NCBI GenBank assembly: GCA_963768055.1
Contig: CAVYGN010000001.1
Location: 608,001-672,000 of the forward strand
DNA from: an uncultured Spirochaetota bacterium
GTDB lineage: Bacteria > Spirochaetota > Brevinematia > Brevinematales > JAOACQ01
Direction of reading: 5' to 3'
DNA: 64,000 nt
The position numbers and the translations under genes are program-made. This document shows positions 31,169 through 41,840 of the stretch, piece after piece. The notes beneath the pieces are model-generated. The model saw only the letters and a list, made by a program, of their open reading frames with translations. It searched no databases and had not been told where the DNA came from. How positions within the stretch are numbered: position 1 is the stretch's first letter; every line of letters starts with the position of its first letter.

Positions 31169-31423
31169 TTATTTTTCCCCTTCTTTCAGCTTATCTTCAA
31201 ATTCTCTCATGAATTTTAATGGCGATATTCCAATCGCTATGCAAACATTTCTAAATTCAATAAAATCTAATCTTCTTTCAAGGCTTTCATATTTTGAGAC
31301 ATAAGAGTGATTAGCCCAGCCCAGCTTTTCTGCAAGCTCGTTTTGAGTGAGGTTCTTTTTAATCCTGTAATCTTTCAACAAATCTATAAATAAATTGTAT
31401 TCACTATTGTGAATAGATTTCAT
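31169..31423 (-). CDS. XRE-family HTH regulator
   Basis: LTQNELAEKLG...YVSKYESLERRLD. Confidence 0.9.
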   Translation of the reverse strand: MKSIHNSEYNLFIDLLKDYRIKKNLTQNELAEKLGWANHSYVSKYESLERRLDFIEFRNVCIAIGISPLKFMREFEDKLKEGEK

Positions 31424-31566
31424 AAAATTATCCTTGTTCGATATTAGAACATCATTATATAAAAATTTGACAAATGATCGAACATCGAACATGCTCAATT
31501 GAGTTATTTTCGTTTAGCTGACTTTCTACCGGTATGATCAGCCATATTAATTTATGGAGGAAAAGT

Positions 31567-32080
31567 ATGTTTAAGAAAGTCTTATCAACAATGATGGTTT
31601 GTATCAACCATAGTTTTAATCATGGGGTGTTCAACGAATCCAGGTGATGACGGAAGCGGTGGTGGTGGAGGTGGAGGGAATTCAAGTTCAACTTCCATAA
31701 GTTCAAGTTCATCATCTCCTTCAAAGAGTTCAAGTTCAGCGTCAAGTTCTTCGAGTTCGAGTGAGCCAGTACAGTACACGATAACCTTTGCTTTTCCCAA
31801 TAATACCACACAAAATTTCGGAGTAATTGACAACTCTTCAAGCACAACATTGGTTGCACCCAGCACCTACAATTATCCTCAAAGTGGAACAAGTAGCTTT
31901 ACACTCACAGTAAATTCCGGCGATAGCATTACTATTAATTTTTACAATCTTAACACCGGAAAAACCTTTACTGCATATCAGGTTAATGGTGGCTCGATTA
32001 TTACGGCATCCGGGAATCCAACTCCATATACAATAACAGTTAATGCTAATTTCACAATTGCCGCTGTTTGGCAAAACTAA
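31567..32080 (+). CDS. Lipoprotein with a Gly/Ser linker; 1-nt frameshift in the signal peptide
   Basis: RBS ggagg + MFKKVLSTMM joins STIVLIMG-C if one T near 31598 is removed. Confidence 0.7.
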
Positions 32081-32118
32081 CAGAAACAGAGATAAGTTCT
32101 GTTTAACTCAAAACAAAC

Positions 32119-32140
32119 GGGGCTCACTTGAGCCCCTTTT
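32119..32140 (+). terminator. Intrinsic terminator
   Basis: ggggctca / tgagcccc followed by tttt. Confidence 0.8.
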
Positions 32141-32214
32141 AATAGATTGAAATTTATTATGGATGAATTTTTAGGTTTCTTAGTAAAATTAATTGTTTAA
32201 ATTGGAGGTTATTT

Positions 32215-32397
32215 ATGCCAGAAAATTCAACTGGTGGGATAGTTGCGACAGATACGGGTATTATTTTAGGTTGTGCAGGGCTTGGGGCGGCGATTGGGTC
32301 AGCAGTTCCTATTTTAGGAACAGCGATAGGTACAGGAATAGGGGGAATTGTTGGCAGTATTTTAGTAATTTTTAAAGAAGTCGCAAATAGAAAATAA
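32215..32397 (+). CDS. Glycine-zipper small membrane peptide
   Basis: RBS ggagg; GAAIGS.VP.LGTAIG..IGGIVG. Confidence 0.7.
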   Translation: MPENSTGGIVATDTGIILGCAGLGAAIGSAVPILGTAIGTGIGGIVGSILVIFKEVANRK

Positions 32398-33000
32398 ATG
32401 CATTCCATTTTTTATTGGTGTTATAGTCGGGGCACCTCTAAAATGTTAATGAATCAATTGCCTGATAATGAAAGAGAGACATTAAGAAAACAGTTATTAG
32501 AATATTACAGCCTTGATACACTGGTGATGGTAAAAGTTTTAGAAAAACTCTATTTAATCAAACCATAAAACCTCATAATTTAATAGTGTTGCACTACAAT
32601 CTATGCCAATTCCTTCATTTTCAATATATTCCTGTCCATCATATCCATTTATATTCATTCAATAAAAATCCACTTCCTGCCGTTTCAAAAAATTACTTTT
32701 CTATTCAATGATTCAAATTGATACCGGTTGTTCAAAAATTCAATACTAATAATTTCCACAGCTTCTAAAAGATGAACAGATTTAAGCTACTAAATTATAC
32801 CTCAATTATTCTCAAAGCATTCTTAGGTCTTCCAGGGTTCCTGAATTATTCCAAATTACTTTGAATATTCAAAATGTCTATTCATCTGACAAGGTAATAA
32901 TTTTAATCAAAAAAGTTGATGGGGAAATAGGGCAATAAGTGAAAAGTATGGGGGATGGGTGTATAATAAAGCTGTTATTTTATTTATAGGGGGTTATTGT

Positions 33001-33936
33001 ATGGAAAAAGATAACGCCAGAATACTTGTCATAGGTGCAGGTGTTAATGGCTGTGCATGTGCTTCTGAATTACACAATGGCGGGGTCGATGTTACGATTC
33101 TAGCAAGAGGAAAGCGATATGATGATATCAAAAACGAGGGAATAATTATTGAAAATCCATTCAACAACAAAAGAATCATAACAAAAGTTCCAGTTATCAA
33201 TGAGCTTAAACCCGAAGAAATTTATGACTATATTCTTGTGATAATCCGAAGAAATCAAGTGTCAGCACTATTACCTGTTTTGGCTAAAAATAAAACTCCT
33301 AATATAGTTTTTATGGGTAATACACTTGAGGGCCCCGATGAATATACAAATGCAGTAGGTAAAGACCGTGTGATGATGGGCTCTGTCTTTGCTGGGGGTA
33401 AAAAGGAAGATGATATTATTAAGGCTATTATTATCAAATCAATTGCAGGAACCGTCGGTGAAATCGATGGAAAAATTACTTCGAGAGCAATAAGGTTAAA
33501 AAACATCTTACGCCAGGGCGGGTTTAAATCAACTGTTTCGACCAATATAATTGATGCTTTAATCACACATGCGGCAGGGCTTCCAGTAATGGCCCTTTTG
33601 ATTATGAAGTATAAATTGAATCTAAAAGAATTAGCTAAATCAACCGTAGACCTAAAGCTTATGGTGGACGCAACACGAGAATCATACTCTGTTATCAAGG
33701 CTCTAGGTTATAGAATAATTCCTAAAGCAACGAATATCGTTAATATTATTCCTTGTTTCATTCAAATTGCAATTTTACGAATTTTACTGAAAACAAAATT
33801 ATTAGAGGTAGGCGGGGTTTACCATATTTCACAAGCACCTGATGAGATGAACTTTATTGCTGGTGAGCTTAAAGTTTTGGTTGAAAAGTCTGGTCTTTCT
33901 GTGCCTGCTCTTAGAAAAGTATTAGGAATGAGATAA
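33001..33936 (+). CDS. Ketopantoate reductase family protein
   Basis: ILVIGAGVNG Rossmann motif, VTILARG; ApbA-like. Confidence 0.85.
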   Translation: MEKDNARILVIGAGVNGCACASELHNGGVDVTILARGKRYDDIKNEGIIIENPFNNKRIITKVPVINELKPEEIYDYILVIIRRNQVSALLPVLAKNKTPNIVFMGNTLEGPDEYTNAVGKDRVMMGSVFAGGKKEDDIIKAIIIKSIAGTVGEIDGKITSRAIRLKNILRQGGFKSTVSTNIIDALITHAAGLPVMALLIMKYKLNLKELAKSTVDLKLMVDATRESYSVIKALGYRIIPKATNIVNIIPCFIQIAILRILLKTKLLEVGGVYHISQAPDEMNFIAGELKVLVEKSGLSVPALRKVLGMR

Positions 33937-34195
33937 TATAAACTGCTGTATAATGGTGTGGAAAATTATCCAGGCTGATGAAATTTATCCTGGCTGATAT
34001 TATCAAAACAACCTCTATAATCCATCTCTTTACCCGTATCTTATCATAAATCACATATTACACCAATTCGGAATGCCAGGACCAGGGCAGAATGACAGAA
34101 TTCAGGGGATATTTTAAAACAATAAATAATGGACTTTTATTTTGTTCGATAATAAAGTAATGGCAATAATTTGTGATTTTATTTAGGGGCCTAAT

Positions 34196-35533
34196 ATGAA
34201 ATCCATATGCTTTCTTTTCGCATCTTTCATTCTCCTGAGCTTCATGCTTGTTTCCTGTGCTCCACAGGTGCAGAACGCATTGACAAAAGAAAGCCAGGAA
34301 CAGGCAACTGACACAAATGTTAATGCTGTTTTTCTTGAAAAACAGGAATCTGAGGCTGACATTACAGTAAAACATAAGATTCTAATTATGCCCTTTGAAT
34401 ACACATCGACAAACGCAAACTATCCGAATCCTTTAATCTATAGGACAATATTTTTCTCCTCATTCTATAATTTGTTTTCAGTTCTACCATCCATTGACCT
34501 TCCCGATAAAAGTGTTCTTTTGACTATGAACCCATCGGAAGAAACCATTTCAAACCTTGCCGATCAATACAAGTGCGATTTCATTGTTTTTGGTGATTAT
34601 GGACTTAAAGGTGATAAATCAAAACCCGATGCGGTAATAAGCCTTAAAATATGGAATAAATTCTCGGACTCTATTTCAACTAATAAAATCATTACACCTA
34701 CCGATGCTGACCTTTTCGATGCAATCGATTCCCTTATGTCAAAGATGGTCAAAACAATACTGAATGAGGAAATGAAAATAGCTTATCTTAATTTCAACAA
34801 TTTTGACACGGGCAGAGAACCGATCGGGGTCTTTGTCAATCACAGGCTTGTGGCTGAGCCGATATCAAACGATTTCCATCTTAATATGAAAGTAATATCG
34901 GGCAAAGATTATAAAGTCGCTATTCGAAGGAAGTTCGACGGTAAACTTCTTGCTGGTTCTGTTGCCAATTTGAAGCCAGGAGAATCGATGAATTTCAGCG
35001 CAACGAATTATAGAGTGAATCTGATCAAGAATGGAGATTTTGACAAAATAAACAAAATTGTATATCTGCGTTGGGATTGGGGCAATAATGATTATTCACT
35101 ATATAATGATGAGCATGCGGGTAAATGGAATTTAGCTTTATCCGATGCCGGTAAAGGGGTAGCAAATATTGAGAATGGTGAATGTCATATTAAAATAATA
35201 AATACAGGGCGGCATTGGTGTTCAGTAGCACTTGTCCTGGCTCCAATTAAAATTGAAAGGGGTAAAAACTATCGTATATCATTTAACGCAAGGGCTTCAG
35301 AGCCCCGTAAAATTGCTTTGAACATAGCTAAATATTATATCTGGATTAATTATTTATTAGGAATCCATTCACTTTTACCTGTATATTTAACTATCGATAA
35401 AAAAATGAATAATTATTCTTATTTATTCAAAATGTCAAATTCAACCGAGGAAAAATCATATTTTCAAATCGGTTTTTCTGATACTGTCGGCGATGTATGG
35501 ATAAATAATATATGGATAGAAGAAATCGATTGA
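34196..35533 (+). CDS. Lipoprotein with a C-terminal CBM4/9-like domain (paralogue 1)
   Basis: Lipobox LVSC; NLIKNGDF, G..YRISFNARA, GDVWINNI. Confidence 0.8.
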   Translation: MKSICFLFASFILLSFMLVSCAPQVQNALTKESQEQATDTNVNAVFLEKQESEADITVKHKILIMPFEYTSTNANYPNPLIYRTIFFSSFYNLFSVLPSIDLPDKSVLLTMNPSEETISNLADQYKCDFIVFGDYGLKGDKSKPDAVISLKIWNKFSDSISTNKIITPTDADLFDAIDSLMSKMVKTILNEEMKIAYLNFNNFDTGREPIGVFVNHRLVAEPISNDFHLNMKVISGKDYKVAIRRKFDGKLLAGSVANLKPGESMNFSATNYRVNLIKNGDFDKINKIVYLRWDWGNNDYSLYNDEHAGKWNLALSDAGKGVANIENGECHIKIINTGRHWCSVALVLAPIKIERGKNYRISFNARASEPRKIALNIAKYYIWINYLLGIHSLLPVYLTIDKKMNNYSYLFKMSNSTEEKSYFQIGFSDTVGDVWINNIWIEEID

Positions 35534-35767
35534 TATAATTCAGTCAAGATAAGATATTAGAAATTTATCCTGGCTGAATATGGCAAAGCAGCAAATTTAT
35601 TAAGGCTGAGGGAAAATTAGCATGGCTAAAATATCAAGTTCGGAATTAATTCAGATCTATCACATCTCTCACCCGCTTTAAATTGATATACTGAAAAACA
35701 TATAAAATAACAATTATTTGATGTTTTACAATCGATGCATCTTGCCCGAGGAATTTGGGCTGAAGCG

Positions 35768-36229
35768 CTACCTTTTACTTGGCCTTTTTACAGTATCAAT
35801 TAAATAAACCCAATATTTTTCTGTATTTATAGGATCATAAAAAACAATAACCGAAGAACCAATTTTCATCTGATTATTCTTTATAGAGATCAATCGATCA
35901 GAATTTGACCAATGAGTCATTATTTGGTATTGCCCTTTAATTTCCTTTTTTTCAAAATCTTTATAAATAAAATAAATCCTTTCTCCGACATCTTCATCAT
36001 GGTCATCAAAGGATTCGTTACTGATGATGGTTCCAATGGTTTTATATGAAATATTTATAAAATAATTAACATAAATCGGAAAATAATGATTCCACTCGTT
36101 TATTCTTTTGAAAGGAGTATTTTGTTCACTATTTGCTTTTTCTTCTTCAATACTTTTCGCAATCTTTATTATTTCACCTCTTTTGAGATCAGAAATACAA
36201 ATTCCATCCCGCATAATAATTTTTCCCAT
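35768..36229 (-). CDS. Hypothetical protein, DUF3592-like
   Basis: T.GTII, IGSSVIVFYDP.N. Confidence 0.5.
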   Translation of the reverse strand: MGKIIMRDGICISDLKRGEIIKIAKSIEEEKANSEQNTPFKRINEWNHYFPIYVNYFINISYKTIGTIISNESFDDHDEDVGERIYFIYKDFEKKEIKGQYQIMTHWSNSDRLISIKNNQMKIGSSVIVFYDPINTEKYWVYLIDTVKRPSKR

Positions 36230-36280
36230 AGGTTTTTTATAATAGCTTGAAGAAAATTGTTTCCCTTCACTGCAATAGCA

Positions 36281-36309
36281 ATTATAAAATGACCAAAACT
36301 TCGTGTCAA
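36281..36309 (-). promoter_or_regulatory. Family-C repeated consensus promoter TTGACA-N17-TATAAT
   Basis: Spacer cgaagttttggtcattt; near-identical copy at 59097-59125. Confidence 0.75.
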
Positions 36310-36658
36310 ATCAGTTCCGTCATCGTCCGGCTCTACACTGTCCTGTACAGCGCAGACTGACGGAAGAAATTTCCCATAGCTGGCAGGCAAATGGCATATA
36401 GAAGATCGGGGAATCATGAATTAGAGAAAATACAAAAAATAATATTATCTGAGATTTCCCAGATAACACTATTTTATTCCCATTTTTGAGAACTTCTCCA
36501 TATCAAAAAAATTATATCTAATTGAATTCGCATTGTCAATTGTACATTTTGACATTTTTCTCATAAAATCCTTCCTTCTCATAATTACTTTGCTTATTGT
36601 GCATTATTCCCCCATTTTCTAAAAAAGGCGACAGGTACCCCTGTCTTTATTCCAAATA

Positions 36659-37255
36659 TTACCCGGAAACACCATCTCCAAAAAGGAGCTTAAGCCTATT
36701 TATTCTTTCAAGAATAGCGACGACCAATACTTTCGGTATCGCAACCTCTGCCATCTGGAAGATTATATAACGGGCATGGCTAATAACCTTGGCACCGATT
36801 TTGATAAGTTTTTCCCGGAGAGTCGTCATTGTCCAATGCTGCATTTCTCCGTGTAAAGCAGACTGTCTGAAAAAGTTTCCAAGGTTGTAGGCAAGAACAA
36901 ACAGTTGAAGCCAAACATGGTTGTCTATAAAATCATGGCATGATAATTTCGTCCACTTTACAGCATTCTTGCCTTCTTTAATACATTCGTGTCTTCATAT
37001 CCTGCAAGCCTGCTAAAAATAGATTGCCGTAATTGAGCCACAAGGCTATGTTGTTTATTCTTACCCCTTCGAATATCTCTCAAGATGCTAGAGGCTATTT
37101 CAGTCAATCCTAGCGTGTTATCAAGTTCCTTGTTAGCAAGCAGTCCTGCATTGGATGTGATGGAAGTCCCATGAAATTCAAGCCTTAAATTTCTATTAAA
37201 ATCCACTCATGAAAAATTTTTTTTAGCCTGACGGCCATAAAAGGCTTTCACCCAT
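36659..37255 (-). pseudogene. IS1380-family transposase remnant with a large internal deletion
   Basis: N-terminal LEFHG..ITS.AGLL, LRQSIFSRLAGYEDTN; C-terminal WTMTTLREKLIKIGAKV..HARY. Confidence 0.85.
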
Positions 37256-37680
37256 AGATTTACTTTAATTGATGGATTGACCGTCTCTATAATGCATGTT
37301 AGCAGGTGGGGGGATTATATCCCCTCTTTTTTGCACTGCATAAAAGCTTTTTATTTTAAAACAACCTCTATAACATATTCCTTTTTATCCATCTTATGAA
37401 AATCACATAAAGGATGTTTAGTTCATGCCAGGAGGGGTTAAAATGATAAAATTTAGGGGTATTGGAAACAAAAAATAACCGGATAATAGGTCTAATAAAA
37501 CTATACTGCCATAAAATAAAGATATATCTTTCGACAACTTGAATTAATGACTTGGATTACTTTATTTTCAGACTTTAAGACCTTTGCACGGTGATAGTAT
37601 AAATCATTCATGAAAATATTGAAAATAAAGCGGGTCTCCTTTACTCTAATTGTAGTCTGATATTAGAGTTGGAGTGGAAT

Positions 37681-37935
37681 ATGCCTACGAAAAAGATTGA
37701 AATGAGTTTTGCTGATTACTAGCAGCAAAGGAGAAAAAAGACAAGAACTAATAACTTTCTCGAAGAGGTCGATAGTATGATGGACGCTTCGGGAAACCGC
37801 ACGAACTTCACCGATGAACGCGGCTACAGCGTGGGATATGCCTATGACAACCTCGACAGGCTAACATCGGTGCTGTACTCTGAAAACGCGGGAAACGCGA
37901 GCTATTTCTACGACAACGCGGGGAACAGGAACGAT
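37681..37935 (+). pseudogene. IS5-like N-terminal fragment fused to an Rhs/YD-repeat fragment
   Basis: MSFAD..RRKKTR..FLEE; then DASGNRT..TD..Y.YDNLDRL..YDNAGNR. Confidence 0.6.
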
Positions 37936-38045
37936 AAAGAAGCTTTTGAACATACAGGATATGAATATCATCCTAATCCAAGAGCTATTACAATCCTGAT
38001 TCTGGAAATAATAAGAAATAGGAATGAATATAAGGTATTATTTTA

Positions 38046-38825
38046 ATGAATGATAGACTAATTTATTACCCTGGAAGACCGCATCCAATTATTTCGTTAG
38101 TTATTGACATATACTTTTTGGCTCCAATTGTTATTTCTTTTATTAATCAATCTTGCAAGCTGTTTGGGTTTGAAGTCAATGACTATGTTAATATTTTTCT
38201 TTACATATTTATTTTTACCATATTTATCATATATCATAGTAACCCAAATATAATCAACAAAAAGCTTAGTCCCGGAGAACTAATAACAGGGAAAAAGATA
38301 ATTAATAGCCAAAAAATCTGGACAAATCCCTATAGATCTAATAGATGGCTTTTATTTGCTCCAATTTTATTGTCTGTAATATTTATTGGAGGTTATGGAT
38401 TTGGTGATTTTATTTTCAATAATTTAATTAGAGATAATAATATTTTTATTGAGTTAATGATTTTATCACTAATTTTCATTTTTTATAATATTAGTTTTAT
38501 TTTTATTGGGCACGGGGGGAAAATTTTGTTCTTAAGTATTCCAATTGTGATTAATATTTCCTATATTATTTTTTTTTATATAGAAGAAAAAGTTAAAACG
38601 TTTTATGATATATTTTATGATCTAATATGTTTGTTTTTATTTACTATTGCACTAGTATTCTATACTATCAAACGGGGCAAAAAAAAAGACATAGAGGAAG
38701 ATGCCAAGATTGTATTATTAAGTAAACAACAAAAGTATAGTTGGATTAAACTATCTTTAATTGCTTATATACCTATAATAATTGGATTTGTAATATTATT
38801 AATATCACATTTTTTATATCATTAA
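38046..38825 (+). CDS. Multi-pass membrane protein
   Basis: About 7 hydrophobic segments. Confidence 0.7.
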   Translation: MNDRLIYYPGRPHPIISLVIDIYFLAPIVISFINQSCKLFGFEVNDYVNIFLYIFIFTIFIIYHSNPNIINKKLSPGELITGKKIINSQKIWTNPYRSNRWLLFAPILLSVIFIGGYGFGDFIFNNLIRDNNIFIELMILSLIFIFYNISFIFIGHGGKILFLSIPIVINISYIIFFYIEEKVKTFYDIFYDLICLFLFTIALVFYTIKRGKKKDIEEDAKIVLLSKQQKYSWIKLSLIAYIPIIIGFVILLISHFLYH

Positions 38826-39179
38826 GATGTTTAATAGGTATTCAACTGACAGTTGGTCATTAAAAAAAGATAATTATCATCAGAAACTCAAAAATCTGCT
38901 GTTATTCACTATAGAGCCTGATCATTTTGTTTGTCCATTTTCAGGCAAAGTGTGTTCAAAAGACTGTTATTTGTCTCTTTTTTGATCTGTAATTCTTAAA
39001 AAAGCGTTGTACGGTAGACGAGGAAAGGGGATACCCTCCGGGTGACGACAGCGAATGATGCATAAATTTGCATGAGTACTGAAACGGGAGTATCATAGAT
39101 ATATCCTCTTTTTGAGGGTAACCCCTAAAAGAGGATATTTTTTCGGTTATAGGCATATTTTATTATCCGGTATAGTGAT

Positions 39180-39821
39180 GTGGGTTCATGGCGTTGGATT
39201 TCCCGAGACCCGAAGGCGGGGGATATTTTCAAGCCGCAGAGTATTAACAGGTATCAGTTCTGTTTCAATAATCCGGTTAAAAATACAGATCCTGACGGTA
39301 AAGAAGTATATGTGGGTACAATGCCGGATTTACCATCAACAAGAGTTGGTAATGTAAGTGGAATAATTAGTACGGTTAATCCGCATACATTTGTATTAGT
39401 GACAGACAGGCCAATAAATCAAAAAGGATGGCAAGGAACTGTCTTTGAAACAGGGCCTGATGAGGCGATGGCTACACTTACCAAGCGAGAATACCCAGTA
39501 GATTCATTTAAAGAAATAAAGAAAAGCCCTGAAAAATATAATTTGGAACTTGTACCTAAAACTGATAATTATGAAACTCAAAAAGAATTTGATACTGCTG
39601 CTAAAGATCTTGCAACAAAAATTATATCTAAAGAGCATCCTAATTATAACCCCATGGGCTGGTTTGGAGGGAGAAATAGCATTTCTACTACAGGGACCAT
39701 AATAAGGGGCCTTGGTTCAAACTTTAAACCGAAAGGGTTTCGCCCTTGGGATTTAGATACACATCAACAAAAAACAAAAGAACCTAAAGAATCGGGTCAA
39801 TCATCAGGTCATAATGACTAA
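39180..39821 (+). CDS. Orphan Rhs C-terminal toxin module
   Basis: RWISRDP...NRYQFCFNNPVKNTDPDG Rhs core end followed by a unique tip. Confidence 0.8.
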   Translation: MGSWRWISRDPKAGDIFKPQSINRYQFCFNNPVKNTDPDGKEVYVGTMPDLPSTRVGNVSGIISTVNPHTFVLVTDRPINQKGWQGTVFETGPDEAMATLTKREYPVDSFKEIKKSPEKYNLELVPKTDNYETQKEFDTAAKDLATKIISKEHPNYNPMGWFGGRNSISTTGTIIRGLGSNFKPKGFRPWDLDTHQQKTKEPKESGQSSGHND

Positions 39822-39838
39822 TATTAAAGGATTGTTGC

Positions 39839-40414
39839 ATGAAAATAATCAAAATAATTAGTGCTATTTTTGTTGTAACTATCATGTTAATAATAATTTT
39901 AGCCTTTTTCCCACTTTTTTTCCTATCATCTCCATCCATAAGCTACTATTTTGAATCTCATACGAAAGAATCGCTAAAAGCACAAGGCACATACGGATTA
40001 TTGCATGTAGTTTTTGATGAAAAAATCGAATTTAAAGAAGTACCATATACAAAAGAGATTGATTTTAATTCAAAATGGTCTGATGATTTTTTTGCTATAA
40101 AGCTTTTTTATACAAATTTTAATTACGTAACATTTTATGTGGATAAACATGATCTGGATAAAATCAATAAATCTTTAATAGGATTATCATGGGAACTATA
40201 TGAAAAAGATAAGTTACTCTATACAAATTACATTAGTGTTGATAATCTACCCGCAGTAGGTACTGCTTATCCAGATATTCAAATGGATGTTATTAAAATT
40301 AAAAAAAACAAAAATTATAAATTAATAATTAAAATCCCAAAAAAATTAAATATAGACAATAAGTATTTGCATCCGACATTGGTTGGCGGAATTGGATTAT
40401 TTCCAATGCCTTGA
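39839..40414 (+). CDS. Putative immunity protein, membrane-anchored
   Basis: 17 nt downstream of the Rhs tip; N-terminal TM. Confidence 0.55.
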   Translation: MKIIKIISAIFVVTIMLIIILAFFPLFFLSSPSISYYFESHTKESLKAQGTYGLLHVVFDEKIEFKEVPYTKEIDFNSKWSDDFFAIKLFYTNFNYVTFYVDKHDLDKINKSLIGLSWELYEKDKLLYTNYISVDNLPAVGTAYPDIQMDVIKIKKNKNYKLIIKIPKKLNIDNKYLHPTLVGGIGLFPMP

Positions 40415-41109
40415 AACAAAAGCATTATTAGATATCGAAGAAACGGCTCCCGGCTGTCACATAAATTCGAGGACGAAGATCGAATTTATGTTGGGGCACA
40501 AAACGCACAGGGGTGAGAGAGAGAAGATGGTACGAATGGGGCGGATGTACCCTGTGGTGGAGGGTAAGGGATAAGGTGCGGGCAGGGGAAAACTATTATC
40601 TCAAGGACGCGGTGAACATGGAGATATACGGCGACCTTGGGGACGAAACCTGCTCAATGTATCAATACACAAGATGCAAACCCCCGGTTAGCGTGCTGCG
40701 TGCATTTTTGCACGCATTTATAGCCATCAAACCCTTGATATACCCGGCATCTTCATTTTTATGGTGCGTGCAGTTAAGGATATTTTCACCGGTAAACCTC
40801 GAAGTAACCGTTAAAATTGGTTAATTTCGGTTATTTAGGCCCAAAAAGTACATGCAAAAGCAGTGAAATGCACGCAGGTTCAAAAGACGGCATCAGAGTT
40901 AAAAGAATAATTATTTCCCCCCAAAATCCTCGGCGTAACTGCTCAAGGTAGCAATACACCTAACGCGCATTTCATACAAGCGTATCGATAAAAGAACGGC
41001 TCCCATCCGGCACTTAAATTGAAAGACATATTCAATCTTAAAATGATTCTTTCATTATTCGGTAGTTCAGCTAAATCATTAATAACTGATAAAATTATCT
41101 TCATTGAAC

Positions 41110-41315
41110 AGGTATAAATTCAGGGCCGTATCCGAGAAGCTTCCGGAACTCCGTCGGCATCCCGAACAGGGCAGATACACAATCCTGGCGGATTTTTCTG
41201 GATAAGAGGCAGAGAAATAACGGACAATCTGATTGAACTGCTGATCCATATTGTCCATCATATCAGTGTAAGGGCCGAGAGAAAAGTTGAAAAGGAACTT
41301 ATTGATGGTCTTTCA
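41110..41315 (+). pseudogene. Tn3-family transposase fragment
   Basis: ELRRHP..RYTILA / REITDNLIELLIHIVHHI..RAERKVEKELI. Confidence 0.7.
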
Positions 41316-41840
41316 GCAGTAAAGGCGGATCCTTCGAGGATAGAACAGGTCATCATTAATTACCTGAATAATGCAATAGATCATTGTGAAGGGGAGAGAA
41401 GGATTCATATACGGATTGAAAAATCCGAAGATTTCGCCGAATTCACCCTGTTTAATTCCGGAAAACCTGTCCCAGAAGAAGCCCTGGAGAAGATCTGGCT
41501 GCGATTTTATAAAACGGATTCATCCCGAAGCCGTTCATTTGGAGTGGAGTTTTTTTCATGCTGAAAATTTCATAGATTTCACTTATCATTCACAAATCGT
41601 TCACGATACTATCACAAATATGCGTTATAATGCCGTTATGAAAAAAATATTATCAATAATTTTCATTATTATCGGGGCCGGTTCTGTCGGCGGGTATATT
41701 CTTTTCAATTCAGGCAAGGCAAAAAGTTCCTTCGAGATTGCGGAAATCGAAAGGGGAGACCTCTCCGAAAATATTTCCTGCACGGGAAACCTTAAACTGA
41801 GGAATTCCGTGGTTGTTAATTTCAAGATATCCGGTACAGT
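41316..41840 (+). repeat. Partial duplication of 44645-45254 (kinase 3' end + macA 5' end) with an internal deletion of about 85 nt
   Basis: Near-identical nucleotide sequence. Confidence 0.9.

Noticed and set aside
31640..31765. agttca-type short tandem repeats
   Set aside because: Explained by the poly-Gly/Ser linker codons of a lipoprotein
32440..32900. Gene remnants (LRKQLLEY..LDTL.MV resembles a DUF2779 C-terminus)
   Set aside because: Too short and broken to annotate confidently
36315..36365. ttccgtca...tgacggaa stem as a riboswitch or ncRNA
   Set aside because: Only an 8-bp stem, with no recognisable family motif
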